In this document: one piece after another, positions 61,590-64,000 of the stretch | Numbering within the stretch: the first letter of the stretch is position 1 | Layout: every line of letters begins with the position of its first letter | NCBI RefSeq assembly: GCF_963921235.1 | Contig: NC_086097.1 | Span: forward strand, 244,282,001-244,346,000 | Direction: 5' to 3' | DNA from: Mobula hypostoma | Lineage: Eukaryota | DNA: 64,000 bases | Notes under the pieces: model-generated | Told to the model about the DNA's origin: nothing | Seen by the model: the letters and a program-made list of their open reading frames with translations, nothing else | The model's database searches: none | Made by a program: the position numbers and the translations under genes

Positions 61590-64000
61590 ATGAGGCCATT
61601 TGATATAGGAGCAGAATTAGGCCCATGTGACCCATCACATCTGCTCCGCCATTTCATCATGACTGATCCAATTTTCCTCTCCACTCCAATCTCCCGACTT
61701 CTCCCCATATCGCTTCATACCCTGACCAATCAAGAATCTATCAACCTCTGCCTTAAATATACATAAAGACTTGGCCTCCACAGCTGTCTTCAGCAAAGAA
61801 TTCCACAGATTCACCACCCTCTGGCTAAAGAAATTCCTCCTCATCTCCGTTCTAAAAGGACACCCCTCTATTCTGGACTGTGTCCTCCCACTATAGGAAA
61901 CATCCTCTCCACATCCATTCTATCAAGGCCTTTCACCATGCGATAGGTTTCAATGAGGTTACCCATCATTCTTCTGAATTCCAATGAATACAGATCCAGA
62001 GCCATCAAACACTCTTCATATGACAAGCCATTCAATTCTGGAATCATTTTCATGAACGTCCCTTAAACCCTCTCCAATTTCAGCACATCCTTTCTAATAT
62101 AAGGGGCCCAAAACGGCTCACAACACTCCAAGTGAAGCCTCACCAGTGCTTTATTAAGTCTCAACATTACATCCTTGCTTTTATATTCTAGTCCTTTTGA
62201 AATTAATGCTAACATCGCATTTGCTTTCCTCACCACAGATTCGACCTGAAAATTAACCTCCAGAGAATCCTGCACAAGGACTCCCAAGTTCCTTTGCGTC
62301 TCAGTTTCTTTTTGTATTTTCTCTCCATTTAAAGAATAGTCAACCCTTTCATTTCTTCTACCAAAGTGCATGACCATACACTTCCCGTTACTGTATCCAT
62401 CTGCCATTTTTTGCTCATTCTCCCCCTTCTGTTTAAGTCCTCCTGTAGCCTCTCTACTTCCTCAAAACTACCTGCCCGTCCACCTATCTTTATATTGTCT
62501 GCAAACTTTGCAACAAAGCCATCAATTCCATCATCCAAATCATTGATATATAACGTAAAAAGAATCGGTCTCAACATAGTCCCCTGTGGAAAACCATTAG
62601 TCACTGGCAGCCAGTCAGAAAAGATTCCCTTTGTTCCCACCCTTTGCTCCCACCCTTTGCCTCCTGCCCATCAGACACTGATTTATCCATGCCAGAATCT
62701 TTCCTATAATACCATGGGCTCATAGCTTGTTAAGCAGCCTCATGTGTGACACCTTGTCAAAGGCCATAAGACCATAAAATATAGGAGCAGAAGTAGGCCA
62801 TTCACCCATCAAGTCTGCTCCACCATTCAATCAGGGGCTGATCCAATTCTTCCAGTCATCCCCACTCCCCTGCCTTCTCCCCATACCCCTTGATGCCCTG
62901 GCTAATCAAGAACCTATCTCTGCCTTAAATGCATCCAATGACTTGGCCTCCACAGCCGCTCGTGGCAACAAATTCCATAAATTTACCACCCTCTGACTAA
63001 AGTAATTTCTCTCCATCTAAATAATAGCCTGTCTGTTTATTTCTTCCACCAAAGTGCATGACCATACACTTTCCATCATTGTATTTCATTTGCCACTTCT
63101 TTGCCCATTCATCTAAACTATCTAAGTCTCTCTGCAAACTCTCTGTTTCCTCAACACTACCCGCTTCTCCACCTATCTTTGTATCATCGGCAAATTTAGC
63201 CCCAATCCTATTAATCCCATAGTCCAAATCATTGACATACATCATAAAAAGCAGCGGTTCCAACACCGACCTCTGTGGAACTCCACTGGTAATCGGCAAC
63301 CAGCCAGAATAGGATCCCTTTATTCCCACTCTCTGTTTTCTGCCAACCAGCCAGTGCTCCATCCATGCGAGTAACTTCCCTGTAATTCCATGGGCGCTTA
63401 TCTTGCTAAGCAGCCTCACGTGTGGCACCTTGTCAAAAGCATTCTGAAAATGAAAGTACATCACTTCTACTGCATCTCCTTTGTCTACCCTGCTTATAAT
63501 TTCCTCAAAAAATCGCAGTAGATTTGTCAGGCAGGATTTTCCTTTCAGGAAACTATGCTGGCTTTGGCCTATCTTGTCATGTGCCTCCAGGTATTCCATA
63601 ATCTCATCCCTACAATCGATTCCAACAACTTCCCAACCACTGATGTCAGGCTAACAGGTCTATAGTTTCCTTTCTGCTGCCTCCCACCTTTCTTAAATAG
63701 CAGAGTAACATTTGCAATTTTCCAGTCATCCAGTACAATTCCAGAATCTATTGATTCTTGAAAGATCGTTGTTAATGCCTCCGCAATCTCTTCAGCTACT
63801 TCCTTCACAACTCAAGGGTGCATTCCATCAGGTCCAGGAGATTTATCCACCCTCAGACTGTTAAGCTTCCTGAGCACCTTCTCAGTCATAATTTCCCTGA
63901 CACTCTTGAATGTCTGGTATACTGCAGATATCTTCTACTGTGAAGACTGACGCAAAATACACATTCAGTTCCTCTGCCATCTCTGCATCTCTAATTACAA
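61590..64000 (-). mobile_element. Two CR1 LINE copies in tandem or nested (61590-62765; 62766 to the window end)
   Basis: ORF 62997-63599 RT (KSCLTNLL.FFEE, AFDKVPH, SGVPQ, KFADDTK); second tail cataagaccata at ~62765; the second copy has an internal deletion near 63000. Confidence 0.9.

Noticed and set aside
1..64000. Prokaryotic systems (CRISPR, retron, DGR or defence RT) suggested by the many RT ORFs
   Set aside because: All RT and nuclease motifs fit eukaryotic CR1, Rex1/Babar, Penelope or Gypsy elements; spliceosomal exons are present; no repeat-spacer array was seen.

Overview
Eukaryotic, vertebrate genomic DNA; the repeat content (several CR1 families, V-SINE/HE1-like SINEs, Rex1/Babar LINEs, Penelope) suggests a cartilaginous fish (inference). 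The window is mostly intron of one minus-strand host gene of the STAC family (SH3 and cysteine-rich domain adaptor, most like STAC/STAC1). Five short coding exons (61097-61181, 58353-58420, 49467-49561, 31927-31978, 17221-17355) all have GT-AG boundaries and compatible phases. They splice to 145 open codons covering the linker, SH3-1 and most of SH3-2; the first exons and the last exon were not found here. The rest is nested transposable elements: CR1 LINEs (one near full length with an esterase ORF1), Rex1/Babar LINEs, Penelope-like elements, a Gmr1-type Gypsy LTR element, a Charlie-type hAT element, MITEs, Tc1 remnants, SINEs and a tRNA-Ala pseudogene. Highlights: (1) a ~270-bp RTE-derived element whose 5' end is a twister-ribozyme-like motif starting at the expected self-cleavage site; (2) about a dozen minimal hammerhead motifs on Penelope-derived repeats, including an 87-bp inverted pair; (3) a Gypsy element whose integrase, RT and RNase H catalytic parts are deleted in frame while Gag and protease are kept. 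Repeat boundaries without a stated TSD are approximate; family assignments are from recognised motifs, not database searches.
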